Translations under genes and position numbers: made by a program
The notes under the pieces: model-generated
The model's input: only the letters and a program-made list of their open reading frames with translations
What the model was told of the DNA's origin: nothing
Databases searched by the model: none
From: the human T2T-CHM13v2.0 reference genome, Homo sapiens
Assembly (NCBI RefSeq): GCF_009914755.1
Contig: NC_060930.1
DNA: 64,000 bases
Strand: one strand, 5' to 3'
In this document: piece after piece, positions 1 to 22,760 of the stretch
Position numbering within the stretch: position 1 is the first letter of the stretch
Layout of the letters: every line of letters begins with the position of its first letter

Positions 1-1457
1 ATGACAACCACAATGAAATTAGCAGAAAAGAACTTCAAAAGAGCCATTAAAAATGTGTACCTGAATTTAAAAGAAAACATTATCCTGAAGAAAAGCAAAA
101 TGAAAATTATAAATTAGTACCAAATGGAAATTCTACAACTGCAAAAGAAACACGTCAAATGAAAAACTCACTAGATTAGATTAACCGAATAGTCTAATGT
201 ACGTATAATTAGAGTCCCAGGAGAAGTGAGACAGATAGAAAGAAAACAATGTTTTAAAGAATAATGGCCGCAATTTTTGCAAACATGATAAAAAACTAAG
301 TCAACAGATTCAAAGCTCAGTAAAACATAATAAAATCACACTAAGGCATATTATGACAAACTTCCTGAAAATCAGTAATAAAGAGAAAAGCTTGAAAGAT
401 TCCAAGAAAAAATGGACATTTATACAGAGGATCAAAAATCAGATTAACTGCAGACTTTACATCTGAAAATATACAAACAAGAAGACAGTAAAATGACATC
501 TTTAAAGTATTAAAAGAAGGGAGGAAACCCTATTTTCAAAAGAATTTTAAGTCCAGCAAAAATCTCTCTCAAAATTGAAGGGAAAATAAGATTAATAGCT
601 GGAAAAATTTGTTGCCAGAACACCTGGATGAGAAGAAATGTTTAAGAAAGTTCTTGGGAGGCCGGGCACACAGTGGCTCATGCCTGTAATCCCAGCACTT
701 TGGGAGACCAAGTCAGGTGGATCACGAGGTCAGGAGCTCGAGATCAGCCTGGCCAACATGGTGAAAACCCATCTCTACTAAAAATACAAAAATTAGCTGG
801 GCGTGGTGGCACATGCCTGTAATCTCAGCTACTCAGGAGGCTGAGGCAGGAGAATTGCTTGAATCCGGGAGGCACAGGCGGCAGTGAGCCAAGATCCCAC
901 CACTGCACTTCAACCTGGGCAAGAGGGCAAGACTCCCTCTCAAAAAAAAAAAAAAAAAAAAAGTTCTTGTGGCAGAAATATAGTATCAAACAATAACTTG
1001 GATCCACATAAACAAATGGAGAGTTCCAGAAATGATAAACATAAATAGAAAATACTTTGTAAAATTTTAATTTCTCTAAAAGATAAAAGAGTACCTAGAA
1101 CATAAATAACTGCTAAGAGGATTAGACATAGGCAAAAGTAAGAAGCATGACAAAAAAACACAGAACCTAAGAGGGGAGTGGAATTATAATGTCATTAAGG
1201 CTCTTACATTATTCAAGAAATGGTATTATATTATTTGCAAGTAGACTATAATAAATTAGAGATACATATTTTAAGTGCTAGAACTACCACTAAAATTAGA
1301 AACAGAGGTATAGCTAAGAAGCCAATAGTATAAATAAGAAGAAGGACTACTAAAAAAATAGTCAATAAAAGAGAATGCAGGGAAAGATGAAAAAAAAAGC
1401 AAAGAACAGATGAAACAGTAGAAAACAAATATCAAAGTGGTAGACTTAAAACTATAT
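1..1457 (+). mobile_element. Old, degenerate L1M fragment (ORF1 to start of ORF2), interrupted by an Alu
   Basis: A-rich L1 ORF1-like motifs (aattagagtcccaggagaag; aatgacatctttaaagtattaaaagaa; aaaattgaagggaaaataag); no intact ORF. Confidence 0.6.
660..962 (+). mobile_element. AluS (Sg-like), full length
   Basis: ggccgggc...tgtaatcccagcactttggg, both arms, poly(A); TSD-like aaagttcttg on both sides. Confidence 0.93.
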
Positions 1458-2283
<826 letters not shown>

Positions 2284-2929
2284 TATTCGATTTGTGTTTG
2301 GCACACATAGCTTTCATTATTATTGTTTTCTAAATATTCTATTATGTGATTAAAAATTTTTCCTGCTGAATGGGGTTTCATATTTCTATTTTTGTTTTCT
2401 GGTTCTAACTTTTTTATAGTCAAACAGTATGTCCCATATTATTTCCATATTTAAATTTCTTCAGAGTTTTCTTATAGGTATGCCCTAACATATGATAATA
2501 ATATGACCTATGGATGTTGTAAAGAAGCTGAACTCTCCAAGTTTCAGAATTGTGCATGTTTGGTATATTAATATCTACCCAAACACACCCCCTCATGTTT
2601 ATATCAATCATAGATAGGTAAATGCATATATAAATACATGTTATATACACTGCATCTTTATTTGTCTCTTTCCTGAGCTGAGACATATTAAGTTAAAATC
2701 TCATAGCAAATAAAGTTTATTTTTCAATATAATTTTTGTGTCTCCCATATATTCACATATCTGTGTGAATACCCTAGAATTTTATATACATGAGATCATA
2801 CGGTATGTGTTCGGTCTGCTTTCACTGTCTGTCTACATTCATTGTTTCTGATGAGAAATCTGCCATCCTTCTCTATTCTACACACAAAAGTCTTTTATCT
2901 CTCACTGCTTCTATCTATACTATCATTCA

Positions 2930-3740
2930 AACCATGGCTTTTGATACATCCCACACATTTTGATATTCTGTGTTTCATTTGCAATTAGTTGAAAATATTT
3001 CCTAATTTGCTTTGTGCATTTGATTTATGAGCTACTTAGAAGTGTGTTGATTAACTTTTAAATATTTGGGGATTTATTTTCTAGATATTTTCTGAATTTA
3101 ATTCTAATTTATTGTCAAATAAAATGTTTTATATGAATTCGATCCTTATGAACTTATTCAGATTTGTTTTATGGCCCTAGAATATGGCTTATTCTGGTAA
3201 ATATTCTACGTGCACTTGAAAATCATGTATAACTTGTGGGTTTGAGTTTATGTCCATTAAGTTTAATAGTATTATTTGCTTCTTCTATTGATTTATTGAT
3301 TTTTCTGCCTACTCTTTCTATCAGTTACTCAGAGAGGAGTGTTAAAATCTCTAATTATAATTGCGGATTTGTCTATTTCTCCAGTCATTTATATCAGAAT
3401 TTTTTTCATTACTGTGAAGTTCTATCATTAAATACTTGCCCTGTTGAGAGTCTTAAGTCTTCTTGGTAAATTAACCTGTAATCATTATGAAATGTCTCTC
3501 TTTATTTCAGGTAATAGTCCTAGTTCTGAAGTTTCCTTGTCTGATATTAATACTGCTACTTCAGCTTTGTTCTGATTTGTGTTTGCATAGTATAACTTTT
3601 TTAGTCATTTTACTTTGGACTTTTATCTATATTTGTATTTAAAGTATTTTATTATAAACAGCTTTAAATATTTTTGAGTTTAACGCACTCTGCCTTTGCA
3701 TTGGAATGTTTAAACATTTATATTTAATTTTATTATCAAT
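2930..3740 (-). mobile_element. Old L1M ORF2 5' (endonuclease region) remnant
   Basis: T-rich antisense L1 motifs (tttagaagtgtgttg; gagaggagtgttaaaatctc; gtctgatattaatactgctac). Confidence 0.6.
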
Positions 3741-3764
3741 ATGGTTTTTTTTGTTCTTTCCTCC

Positions 3765-8904
<5,140 letters not shown>

Positions 8905-9382
8905 GCACAGAAAAAAAATACACACGCACAGAAAAAGAAATATATTATTTTAATGCATACTTTGGGAACAACCATCTAGCCATTTAGAAAAGAACTAAGT
9001 TGGATTTCATGTTCATGTTTTGTACCAAATCACTTCCAAATGGATCAAACTCTACTTGTTAAAATAGAAATCATTCAATGCTGTATGTGGAAATTTTTTT
9101 AAAAATAAGTCATTAAAATACCAGAAGGAATCTTGGGAGATACTTCAAAATAAAGTAATTTTGGATAGAAATCATGAGGATGGCCTTTTAAAGGATGGTT
9201 TGAAAGTCTCAAAATACTAAATGAAGTGGAAAATTTACATCATGGTAAAGAACATCACCAATAAAGTCAAGAAATGAATGACTTTCATGGGAAAGGTTTT
9301 CCAATTTCCTTAAATTCTAGTGATTGTACATGAAAAACATCTGGTAAACTGATGGGTTGTCATGGTATATGCAGAGATAGGG

Positions 9383-9699
9383 TGCTGGGCACAGTGGCTC
9401 ACACTGGTAATCCCAGCACTTTGGGAGGCTGAGGTCGGTGGATCCCTTTAGTCCAGGAGTTCAAGATCAGCCTGGGCAACATGGTGAAACTCCATCTCTA
9501 CAAAATATGCAAAAATTAGCCAGGAGTGGGGGCATGCAGCTGTAGTCCCAGCTATTTGGGAGGATGACGTGGGAGAATCACTTGAGCCCTGGAGGCAGGA
9601 GGTTACAGGTGAGCCAAGATTGCAGTACTATACTTCAGCCTGGGTGACAAAAGCGAGACCCTGTCTCAAAAAAAAATAAATAAATAAAAAAAAAATAAA
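9383..9699 (+). mobile_element. AluJ
   Basis: Diverged dimeric Alu with J-type cagcctgggcaacatgg; A-rich tail. Confidence 0.88.
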
Positions 9700-10041
9700 G
9701 GAATTATATAACTTTATGGAACACTGTGGCAATGCATCATAATTTAAAATGTGTATACCTTTGACCAAGGAATCCCAGTTGTGAGATTTCTTTTCAGAAA
9801 TCATCTAACAAGTGGCAAAAAATATTTAATTATAGATTTCTAAGAGGAAAAAAATAGAAGCAACAGAATTCCATAAACAGAGATTAAATGAATATGCTAT
9901 ATCCATACAATGGATATTAGGCAAATAAATTCCCCTTCAGAAAATCTGTATATTCATATTCACATGTGTGTATATGGATGGATACATACACACACACATA
10001 TACACAACATATACATACACACACAAAACACACATAGACCA

Positions 10042-10405
10042 TGTCTTAGTCTCTCTGAGCTGCTGTCTACGAAGTACCATAAACTAGGTAGTTTATAAAC
10101 AATAGAATATTATTTCTCACAATTCTGGAGTCTAGGAAGCCCAAAATCAAGACGTCAGCCAGTTTGGTGTCTGGTGAGTGCTCCGTCTGTTTCATAGATG
10201 GCAGCTTCTTGCTGTGTCCTCCCATGGTGGAAAGGACAAACAAGCTCCCACGTGTCCCTTTTATAGGAGCACTAATTCTATTCATGAGGCCAGAGTCCTC
10301 ATGACCTAATCACCTCCCCAAAGCCTCACCCCTTAATACCATCACATTAACGATTAGTTTTCAACCTATGAATTTTAGAGGGACACAGACATTCAGGCCA
10401 CAGTA
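10042..10405 (-). mobile_element. MLT1A-type MaLR solo LTR
   Basis: tgtcttagtc...atttctcacaattctggag...ctcatgacctaatcacctccc...gacacagacattcag, ~365 bp. Confidence 0.85.
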
Positions 10406-12814
10406 TATCACACCATAATTTTGTATTACTTTTATAATCTAAGTACAAAATTAAATGAATAAAACTCCTACTCTGGAATATAGATTACTAGAGAAATGAG
10501 AAAAAACACAACTTCTGTTTAATTATCACACAGTAATTCAAAATACACATTTTAGACTTTTATAAACCTAGGTCTCGCTATGTTAAAAGATACTTTTTAA
10601 AGCTCAACTTCCTTCTGCTCTTCTAAGCACCTATATTCCAAAAGCATGAATTATAATGTTATGAAAGTTTTCTACTTAAGATCATCATACATAAAATTTA
10701 ATTCCATGTATTTATTTCTAAGAAGTACATTATGTAGAAAAGCTTCTGTATTTCTTATATTTAATAAGCAATTCCACCCCAGCAGGTAGCACTTCCTGTT
10801 TCAGGAAAAAGCAGAACTCATAGTGAGCTGGTTTCTATATTTAAAAATTCCAGAGATCTTATCATGTTTCTAGCAAGCTACAAAGTGCAATTCTTCAGGA
10901 CCTTTTCAACAATGGAAACAAAGAAGATCAGAAGAGACTGAGTAATAGAAGTCTATGTCATTCCCAGTCCTGGAAAGACTATGAAGCCCATTGCATCACA
11001 TTCCACATTTCCCAAAAACCTATGTTTACTAGAGCTGGGCTGAACGTACTAAATTAGAATAATACTGTACCACTTTCCTGAGAATCAACTGAAAACAAAC
11101 TGGTCCCTGAATTATAACTACTCTTTCTTTTGCAAATGTCTGGAATTATTTCTATGTAATTTTTGTCAATGATAAAAATTAGCACATTTTTCCAGCTATG
11201 ATATATGATACCACTACAAAGGTAAAACAGAGCAATTTAGAGTGTAATTCTCATACTTTGGCAAATTACCGTAAGTGCAACACAGATCTCTTCAAAAGAT
11301 ATAATGTACCTACCTCAAATCTTTCATAGTAAAACTACTCTTCAATGTTGATGGTATAATATGACGATTTACAGAAGAAAATCAAAGCCAATACTATCAT
11401 GCTAAAATGTTTTGTTACATTTGCCCACTTTTTATATTAGCAAAAAAAATCAAGAATCTTACATTTTAAAATGTGAATACTTAGTAGTTTCTGAGGTTTT
11501 TAAAAACTTCTGATTGCCCTTGTTAAGCACATAAAACAAGAAAAGATGATTAATTATTCTTAACCATCAATGCATCTATTTACCTACTGTGATAGCTATT
11601 TGGACCAAAATTAAACGACAAGAATGAGCAATGCTTTCATTGGAAGTGGTTTCAAGACCTTATTATAACTCTCTGTCATCTGCTATAATCAGGGAAAGAG
11701 TATTTGGTTAATCGAATTTATTTTGGTGTTAAGAAATCATCTAAGTACATAAGGCATGGCACATGAGCTCTGACTTGTACAATAGCAAATGGTGACATGA
11801 TTAAATGAGACACCTCTCTAGGGGAAAGTGATTGGAGAATGCATAATTATAGGTTTTAGAGTGATTTGCATGTAAAATCCAATCAACTAGGAGACAAGGT
11901 TACTTGATGCAGACTTAAGCTGGCTTCTTATGTTTAGAGGATTAAGTATCTGGAAGAATAAGGATGGATTTCTGCATCAGTCAAGGTCTTGTCTGGAGAT
12001 AGAAACTACTGCAGTTATTTCAACAGAGAAAATTCAATATGAATTAACTGCCAACCAGGTATAAGAAAACAGAAAATGTACTACTACTACTACTACTAAT
12101 AAAAGATGCTGAAGAATCTAAGAAGCCGTTACTATACTAGGACGCTACAACCCCTAGGCCTGAGAATATCAATTCAAATTCAATCACAGTCCAATCCTTG
12201 TATAAAACTAGAGAAAGACAAAAATAAGAAATTAATTAAATCAATTCCTAAGTGGTTTGTGGTTTTCAGTTTCTATATTTCTTATCGATTTCCAGGTTTT
12301 ATTTAACAGTACAATAATGAGGTCTGTATTTTTCTATACTTGAATTTTTTATTTTAGTTTTGCGGGTATGCCCTACTAAGTAGTCATTTTTAAGTGTTCA
12401 ATGGGTGCTTCAAAGCAGGCAAACTGTATTTATAAGGTTCAATATTGTATTTAGTATGTGTGTTGACACATACAAATATAAACACACATATACATATAAG
12501 TGTGTATAATTTTTATTTTGTAGATGTCTGTCCATATTCACTAGTGGTTAAATCCATAAAATGTAAATAAAATATATGTGTACGCATTTAACTTTGATAC
12601 ACCTATTTATGAAATTTAAGTCTTCTATCTCTTCATTTGTTTTTTGCCTAAACTGAGAGATACAAATTAAAATTGCTCCTGATGCAATTGACTTTCTGTT
12701 GTGATCATCATGTAGATACTGGATGAAACTCCCATCTAAAACTCTGTCAAAACTAGTGATGGCCACATGTATATGCTGAGAGGGTTTGAAAAAGTTTATT
12801 CTTCATAGAGTGAC

Positions 12815-13109
12815 GCTTTCTTGAGAGAGCAAAGCAGGATCTCAAACAGGTCCAAACATGACTTGGGAGAAAGGTCAGAAAGGAAACTGGCCTAGCTTTC
12901 TATATGGTTAAGGGGTTGAGTTTGGGGTGAGCGTTCCCACAAACATGAGCCAGGGCTCATGAGTTTGAGCTTACCACCACCACCAAGCAAGGGTGCAGGA
13001 AGCTTTCGAATTGGCTTGCCCAGATGTGGGACAGAAAGGCAAAGGGAGCGGATAACTTGATAGCTGTCAGGAACCAAATCTCAAAAATGGAGTCAGACAT
13101 TTTATTATA
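12815..13109 (-). mobile_element. ERVL-class LTR fragment (MER54/LTR53-like)
   Basis: Reverse complement reads gtctgactccattttt...ctgacagct...cccacatctgggcaagc, recalled as the MER54/LTR53 5' end. Confidence 0.45.
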
Positions 13110-13344
13110 ATTTCTTATTAAATAGCCTGTTATTTTGGCAATATATATTTTGATGATGAGCTATTTGGTACATGGTGATTCAGGACAATTCGATTTTCAC
13201 AGCTTGAGTTATAGCCTTTCTCATTTAAAAGTGTCCCTCTACTTCATTAGTGTGTTTGCCCCACAATTCAACCTTCTCTTGCAATAAGCTGCTTTCTGCT
13301 TTTTTTGTTGTTTTATCTGGCTTGCTTTGTTTTCTCCCATGCTT

Positions 13345-13375
13345 GTGTGTGTGTGTGTGTGTGTCTGTGTGTGTG
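13345..13375. repeat. (TG)n microsatellite
   Basis: Direct inspection. Confidence 0.9.
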
Positions 13376-13753
13376 ACATTTCTGAAGCACGTTGATTTAG
13401 AGTTTAGAAATCTGTTTAGTTTGAATTTTTTTATCGTTTGATCTAATATAACTTGTTCTAGTTGAATTTATTTGTGAATATATTACCAAAGTATTTTTAT
13501 TTTATATTTTGTTTTCTGATAAATATGTCCTGTCAAGTTTTCGACATGGTTGTGGTTTGGCTTGTTTTGTAGGCCTTTGAGTTTCTTTTTTCTAAAAGTA
13601 ATTTAGAACGTTTATAGATAGCATATTTTTTCTAGTTTACTTATAGAAATTATGAAAATGTAAGTGCATTTATTTTTACTTTTGTACTTAGAAACTTTAG
13701 ATAGAATCTACTGACTTTTCTCTTTACCAGATAAAAAAATTAGCGTTTTTAAA

Positions 13754-13886
13754 TTCATTTATGCCTGAGGTCGCAATTTTTTAAGTTTTTGCAATGACAC
13801 TTTGGCAATGACCTTGAGCAGTAGAACATAAATAACTCCCACGATTAACGTTCAATAATGGAACATTTATACTAGGCATAAATGAG
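13754..13886 (-). mobile_element. MER85 (piggyBac/PGBD3-related MITE), copy 1
   Basis: TIRs catttatgcct...aggcataaatg; internal palindrome gttc-aataatggaac at 13850-13864 (1-nt deletion). Confidence 0.88.
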
Positions 13887-15309
13887 GTCTTATCTCACTT
13901 GTTCATCCTCATGTCCATCTGATTTTCATAAGGTTATATTTTAATATTACTTTGTGGTTGTATACAAAACTTATGTCCTCTAATCGCAGACTCAACAGCT
14001 GTTTGGCATCAACACTTTAAAAAGAGATGTTGTAATAACTGCAAGTCCTTTCAATTCACATCTCTCTTTTGTTTTGAGTCATCCATTGGTTGGCTGATGT
14101 GGTCATCAAGGATCTTTAAATGACAGGGTCATTACCAAGTCATACATCCATGGGGGATGTTGATTTTTTTTTCCCCTTAAAACTTGAATATGAAATCTGT
14201 ATTCTAATTTATCAGTCACATTTTTCCTCAGATTATTGCAACATTTATTTAACAGTATACCAGAGTTTGCTAAGACTGTGTAAAATGAAGCTATTTTGAT
14301 TTTTTTACTTCCTATAGGGTGATTTATGTTTGCCTAGAACCAGGTAGAAGTATTCAGCTTTGAAGTTCAATAACTTTATTGCTATGTCCAATGTTTATCA
14401 ATTTATGTCTATTTTGAAAATGCAGATATTCTGTGATTTAACACAATATAATGTTGATTGCAAATTCTTCCTAGAGCATGTTTTTAGAAATTATACTTTT
14501 ATTACCCTCTCAACTAATGTGCCATTGTTTTCTAGTTTATAAAATCTATCTTGTATTAGTGTTTTAGATTTTCACAGAAATGTACATTATCATCTGTATT
14601 AAATAGATTTTGGGCATCATCTAGTGATCATAAGTTTTCTTTTTTGATACCATATATAATGGATTAATAATTTTAAGCAATAATTTTATTTTTTCTATAA
14701 ATACTCCTTGGTCAAAGTGGAATTATATTATAGAATTTGGCTAATATTTTATATATTCTCTTTCATATTTCAGAGAAGATAGTTTATAGTTTTTTTCACT
14801 ACAATTTTTTTTTTCTTTTTTATCAATTTTGGGCATCAGGTTTCTGAAACTACAGATCACTTGGAAAACTTTTCACCTTTTGTATGTATGGAACTTTTTT
14901 TAGTATCATAGGCATTATATTTTCTTAAAAGTTTAAAAGAACTCACCAGTATCATTTGGCTTTTCAAAAACAAATCTATCTTAAACTCAAAACATTATTT
15001 ATGCAAATGATTTATCTAAACACATTGTTTTATGCAAATTTGAATTACATATTTACACTTTTCTTTATTGGTTAAAAAACATTATAGTTTTTTAATTTAT
15101 TACTTTATTCAGTTAATTTATCTAAAGAAATTTTTGTTCTATATGTTTTAGATTTACCAAAACAAATATTTATCCCGTTTATTATTGTTCATTATTTCTT
15201 TTATGTCAATGCTTCCATCGGGATCATTTTCCTTTTATCTGATAAACACCTGTTAGTAACTATAGATAAGGCTTTAAGTTTATATTTATTTTAAAATGTC
15301 CATTTTTAT

Positions 15310-17460
<2,151 letters not shown>

Positions 17461-17479
17461 TATAAAGTAGATTTGTCTA

Positions 17480-19200
17480 TCATTTTGCCATTTTTAACAT
17501 GTATCTCATGTGCTTTTGCCTATTTCTACCTCCATTACTGTCATCTTTTGTGTTAAAATGCTATTTTCTATCATTTTAATTATCTTATTGTTTCTTTTCC
17601 TATGTCCATTAAGTTATTTTTTAGTGGTATCCTTGGGGATTTCAGTTAGCATTTTAAATAATCTATCTTGAATTAATATCAACCTAATTTCTTACTATCC
17701 AAAACCTTTGCACCAATATAGCTGAATTCCTTTCCTGTTACTTAGTGCTACCATTGTCATACAAATTATACCTAATTATTGCTCTATGCACTTGTCTTTT
17801 AAGAATAAAAAAACTGCAAGCAAAAATACCTTTCATGTTTGCCTTTGTAGTTAACTTTATCAGTACTCTATTTCTACATGTGCACTTAAATTACTGTCTA
17901 AAATTGTTTCATTTTAGCCTAGAAAATTCTTTTTTAGTAATTTTTGTAGGGTGAGTTGCTAGCAACAAATTTTCTCAGTTTTTGTTTACCTGGAAATGTC
18001 TTAATTTCTCCTTTGTCTTATAAGGGATATTTTGTTAAGTACAGAATTTTGGTCTGGCAGTCTTTCCCCTTCAATAATTTAAATATGTGATCCACTGACC
18101 TCTGGATTCCATGATTTGCTGTTAATCTTATTGATGCTCCCTTGTAAATGAAGGAATCCTCATTTGGATTCTTTTGGATACTCTCTTTGCCTTTGACTTT
18201 GACAGTTTGCCTATGATGAGCTAAGGTATGAATCTCTTTGTGTTTATCTTAGAGTTCATTGAGCTTTTTGAGCGCACAGATTTTTTTTTAATTTTCCCCT
18301 CTCCTCTTCTCTAAAAGTCACATCATACATATGTTGATACATTTGATGGGCTCTCATAAACCTTTGAAGCTCTGTTCATTTTTCTTAATTCCTTTTCTTT
18401 TACTTCTCTAACTAGATAACTGCAATTAATAGGCCTTCGAGCTCACTGATTCATTCTTCTGCCAGTTCAATTTGCTGTTGAGCCTTTCTTGTGAATTTTT
18501 CATTTCAGTTATTGTGCTTTTTAATACTATAATTTGTATTAGGTTCTTTTTCATATATCTTTGATATTTTCTATTTGTTGAGACATTCTTCTTATAATTT
18601 CTTTAGATATGGTTTACTTTTGTTCTCTGAACATATTTACAATGAATGATTTAAAGTCTTTATCTAGTAAGACCGATGTCTGAGCCTCCTCAGGGAAAGT
18701 TTATGTTGACTGTTTTTCCCCACTTTTTATCAACCACACTTTTTTCTTTGAACATCTCATTTTTGCTGTTGAAAACTGTACATTTAAGTAATTTAATGTG
18801 GAAACTGAGAATTAGCATCCTTTTCTACTCAGTTTTTTGGTGGTAGTTTATTGAGATAGTGGTAGCTGTGGTGTTTGTTTTCTTAGTGACTTATCTATAC
18901 TGATTTTATAAAATCTGCATTCTTTGTTATATACAGCCACTGAAGTCTTTTCCTGGTTATCCTAGTGGTCAGTTGATGTTTGGACAGAGATCTTAAATGC
19001 CTTGAGCCAACTAGTTTTATGTTTTCTTCCGTATTTTCCATTCATCTGTCTCTATTATCGAATATTGACTAATTTTCTTAAACTTACCTTTCTTTGCATG
19101 AACAATATCTTCAGCTATGTCTAATATGCTGTTATCATCCATTGTACCTTTAATTTACAATATTTTACTTTCAGTTCTAAAGTTTTTATATGTTTCTCAT
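17480..19200 (-). mobile_element. Old L1M ORF1/spacer remnant
   Basis: aaatgtcttaatttctcc; tttgacagtttg; gaatttttcatttcagttattgt. Confidence 0.6.
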
Positions 19201-21267
19201 TCAAATATATTTTAGATACTATTTTCCTGCTATATTTCTCAGGTTTTTTTTCTCTTATCTTTCCCCATCACTGCAAGGGTGTGGAAGCTCTGTTCAACCC
19301 CTCTGGTTCTCAACTTCTTCTCCCATAATTAGTGAATATTTCTAGCAAAAATACAGCTCCAAATACCATATTCGAATTCATAGGTTGCCTCTGCATCTTG
19401 ACCCAGTGACTCATTTATCAAGACCCATAAAATTTTAATACACAATAATTGTACTTCTGGATACCTATCTTAAGGAAATAACCTGAATATAGACAGATTT
19501 ATATAAAAAAATTCAGAGCAGAATTCATAAGAGAAAGTGTGGAAAAATTAAGTGTTCAATAATCAGAGAAGCACATATTAATTTGTTAAAATAGTATGCA
19601 GTCATTATTAATGATGTTTTCAAATGATTTTTATAACCTAACAAAGTATTCATAATTTAATATTAAATACAAGTTCAGGGAAAATATGGTTTATGTAATT
19701 ACTTCTTAAAATACAAGTATTCATAACATAAAATGAAAGAAAATACTCTCAAAACTGTGGCAATAGAGGTGATTTTAATTTTTTCTTTGTACTTTCCTAA
19801 AATTTCCGTAACTAATAATTAGTAAGGAAACCAATTCTATTTCAAATGAAAAAGTGAATTTGAACTAGAAGGAGGCCCTGTTCATTTCTATGTGTGCTTG
19901 AGAGAAGAGGAATGTGACCCCATCTCTTTTTCTCCAACACAGGGTGCTCTTTTTTGCCTTTATTCTCACCTGTGCTGCTGACATATTTGTTTTCATGCTG
20001 TCAGATTGTCACACATTTTCTTGAGAGGGGTTGGTTCTGATGCATCTTACATCTTTTTGTATTTCTGAATATGACCACAGGGATGAATTCATGATGAATA
20101 TTTAAGCTGTTGGAAAGGTTACAAGCACCTCACCTCATGGGCCATGATAACTGACAGCCTGTTCAATATTCTAATGAAAGTGATGACACATGTCTGGAGG
20201 GGTCTCAATGTAGACTTCATCTTCTGACATCATTAACATGTATTAGCGATCTCTGAATATGAACTCTTTCCAGAATTATCAAAAATAGCTGGATAATGGG
20301 ATAATAATTGAGTCCAACTCTTTAAAATTTGTATCAGGATAACATCTATGAACGCTGTTATCATTTGCCTCTACTAAATCCTGGTGTTTTAGCAAAGTAT
20401 CTTTCATTTTTCCTCACAGAAGCAATTTTCTTTGTTCATTACATTAATAATATTTCTTGTTGGCAATCCAAGTAATTAATCCACCATGAGTGTATCTGGC
20501 TTAAACATGCTAATCTTTTTGTAATTTTAAAGTAGGAAATGAGACATCATCTCACAGATAATTAGTTTTAGCAGCTCCACATTGTATCTTACAAATGATG
20601 GGAAACATTGATTTATGAATCAGCCAGAAAATATAATTTCATGGGTTGTGTTGCAAAAAGACATTATGTGACATCAGATGGCATATTTAGGCAAAGGAGA
20701 ACCTAAAATGGTTGAGAAATTTTAAAAGCCAGAAATTAAGACTCGGGAAGATATTATGACAGAAGCTAAGATCTTTAATTTTGAGACAAGACAGACAATA
20801 AACAAAGATGGGTCAAGACCAAGTTGTACATTAGGTAAATATTTTTGGTTAACAATGTTTTGTTTTCCCTGGGGAATAAACCTGAGGCTAGTGGAGCAAG
20901 ACCAATTTTAGAAGAAACATTTTCAGCATAAAGTGTCTCATTGATGAGTTGAGCTCAAGTGCAGTTATGGCCAATACTGACCCCAGCCAATGCAGATGGC
21001 ACTAACAAATTCTAAGTTATGGTCACTGCTGGAAGTTAAGCAGGTTATGATCAGGTTTTGAGAGACCTGTTGATTCATGGCAGTATTCCAGCTGGAGAGA
21101 AATGAAGCACTGGATCCAATAACTTGGATGAATGCCTGGAAATTGCTAGAGTATGTCAGAACTAGGTTAAGAGCATAGTTCAACCACAAGAGGAAAACCT
21201 GAGGTACCAGATCAGGAAATTCTACTGTAGAGTGGAAATGAAGGTAGGATTTTTTCTTACATTTAGT

Positions 21268-21515
21268 AGATATATATATTATATATAATAATATGTATTT
21301 ATTATATAATTATATATATAATTATATATTATATATATTATATATAATTATAGATTATATAGATTATATATTATATATTATTATATAATAATGTATATAA
21401 TATATTATAATATATATTTATTATATATTATAATATATATATTATTATATATATATTATATTTATATTCCCTATTATATATCTCCCTATTATAAATATAT
21501 ATAATATATTTATAT
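21268..21515. repeat. AT-rich (TA/TATAA)n low-complexity repeat
   Basis: ~250 bp almost purely A/T. Confidence 0.95.
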
Positions 21516-22084
21516 TCAGGGAGAAGAAGTTGAAAGGAAAACATATTTCTTTATTCCAGAGATTACATGGATACCTGGAGCTAACCTATGACACAAAGGT
21601 TATCTACTCTGTAGATATTAGGCCAAATGCCAGCACTTCTGAATGGTAGTTCACATGTTAAGAGAGTATTGGATATTTGGAAGAGAGGATGGAGGAAAGG
21701 TAAATTTAGAACAGGTACAAGTAATTATTTTTGAGACAGGTAGAGGGAAAATTACTAGAACCTTTTTTCAATATTTTCTTAATTAGAGATGTGGTATCTG
21801 CTGGGTTCTGACGTGGGTTTGACCTAGATGAAGGTAAAGGTTATGACTCTCAACTGAGCAGCAGTTGAAAATCATCTTTGATAAAAATGAAGGCTTTCTC
21901 TTTAGTTATATATTCAAAGATATTCTTATCAAAACTTTTCAAATTGTTCAGCACATTGATGGCCATAAGTAGAGCTTAAGGTGGCAAATGTGTTGTGAGC
22001 AGAGAAGTACTCACACACTCTAACTAGATAGCCTTATTCTTCAAACACTCCCATTAAGAGAAGAGTGATGTCTACCATTGCTGG

Positions 22085-22760
22085 AATTTATGGGTCTAGC
22101 AATCAAAAGATGGAAGCAAGAGTGACTCCTCCTCCCACCATTACACATAATAACCCATCCACAGAGTTTTTTTATTCTTCTTCCTCAAATTTTGAACTCT
22201 AATTTCAATGTCTGTTCTCCCAACACAGCAGTGCATTCTCTAGGGGACAGCAATAATTTCATCAGATTCAAAGTCGGGGCTGCTACCTGCTCATTTGGGC
22301 TATACATACAATCAAACCTACAGACAGAAAGCAAGTGGTTTATGCTGCTGAAGGGAGTGATTTACCCTGACACCAGGGAAACTGGGTTGCTGCTATACAC
22401 TGGGGAGTGGAGTGCTAGGTACAGAAGTGAAGGTCATCTCTGGGGTACCCCTTAGTACTTCTATATCAAGGACTTAGTACTTGAAAAATAGTACTTCTAT
22501 TTTTCCTATGTCTAATGAAAAATTTCAACAAATCCCCACAACAGTCCCCACAACAACTCCCAGTGAAAAAAAAAAAGGCATACTCCCTGACGATTCAGAC
22601 TCTTCAGAAATGAAGTCTGGGTCACTCAACTAGATAAAGAATCCCAATATCCCAATTAGCTGGGGTCTTTGGGTAAGGACAAAGGAAAGTAGCAAAAGAA
22701 GATGATAAACATATTCTAGGACCGCACAATCAGACACGGAAAGGAGGTTGCAGCAGCTAT
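22085..22760 (+). mobile_element. ERVL/MaLR internal remnant (integrase 3' end and dUTPase region)
   Basis: Colinear with recalled HERV-L int motifs: gggtctagcaatcaa; ctacctgctcatttgggct; gggagtgatttaccctgac; cagactcttcagaaatgaagtctgggtcac. Confidence 0.65.
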
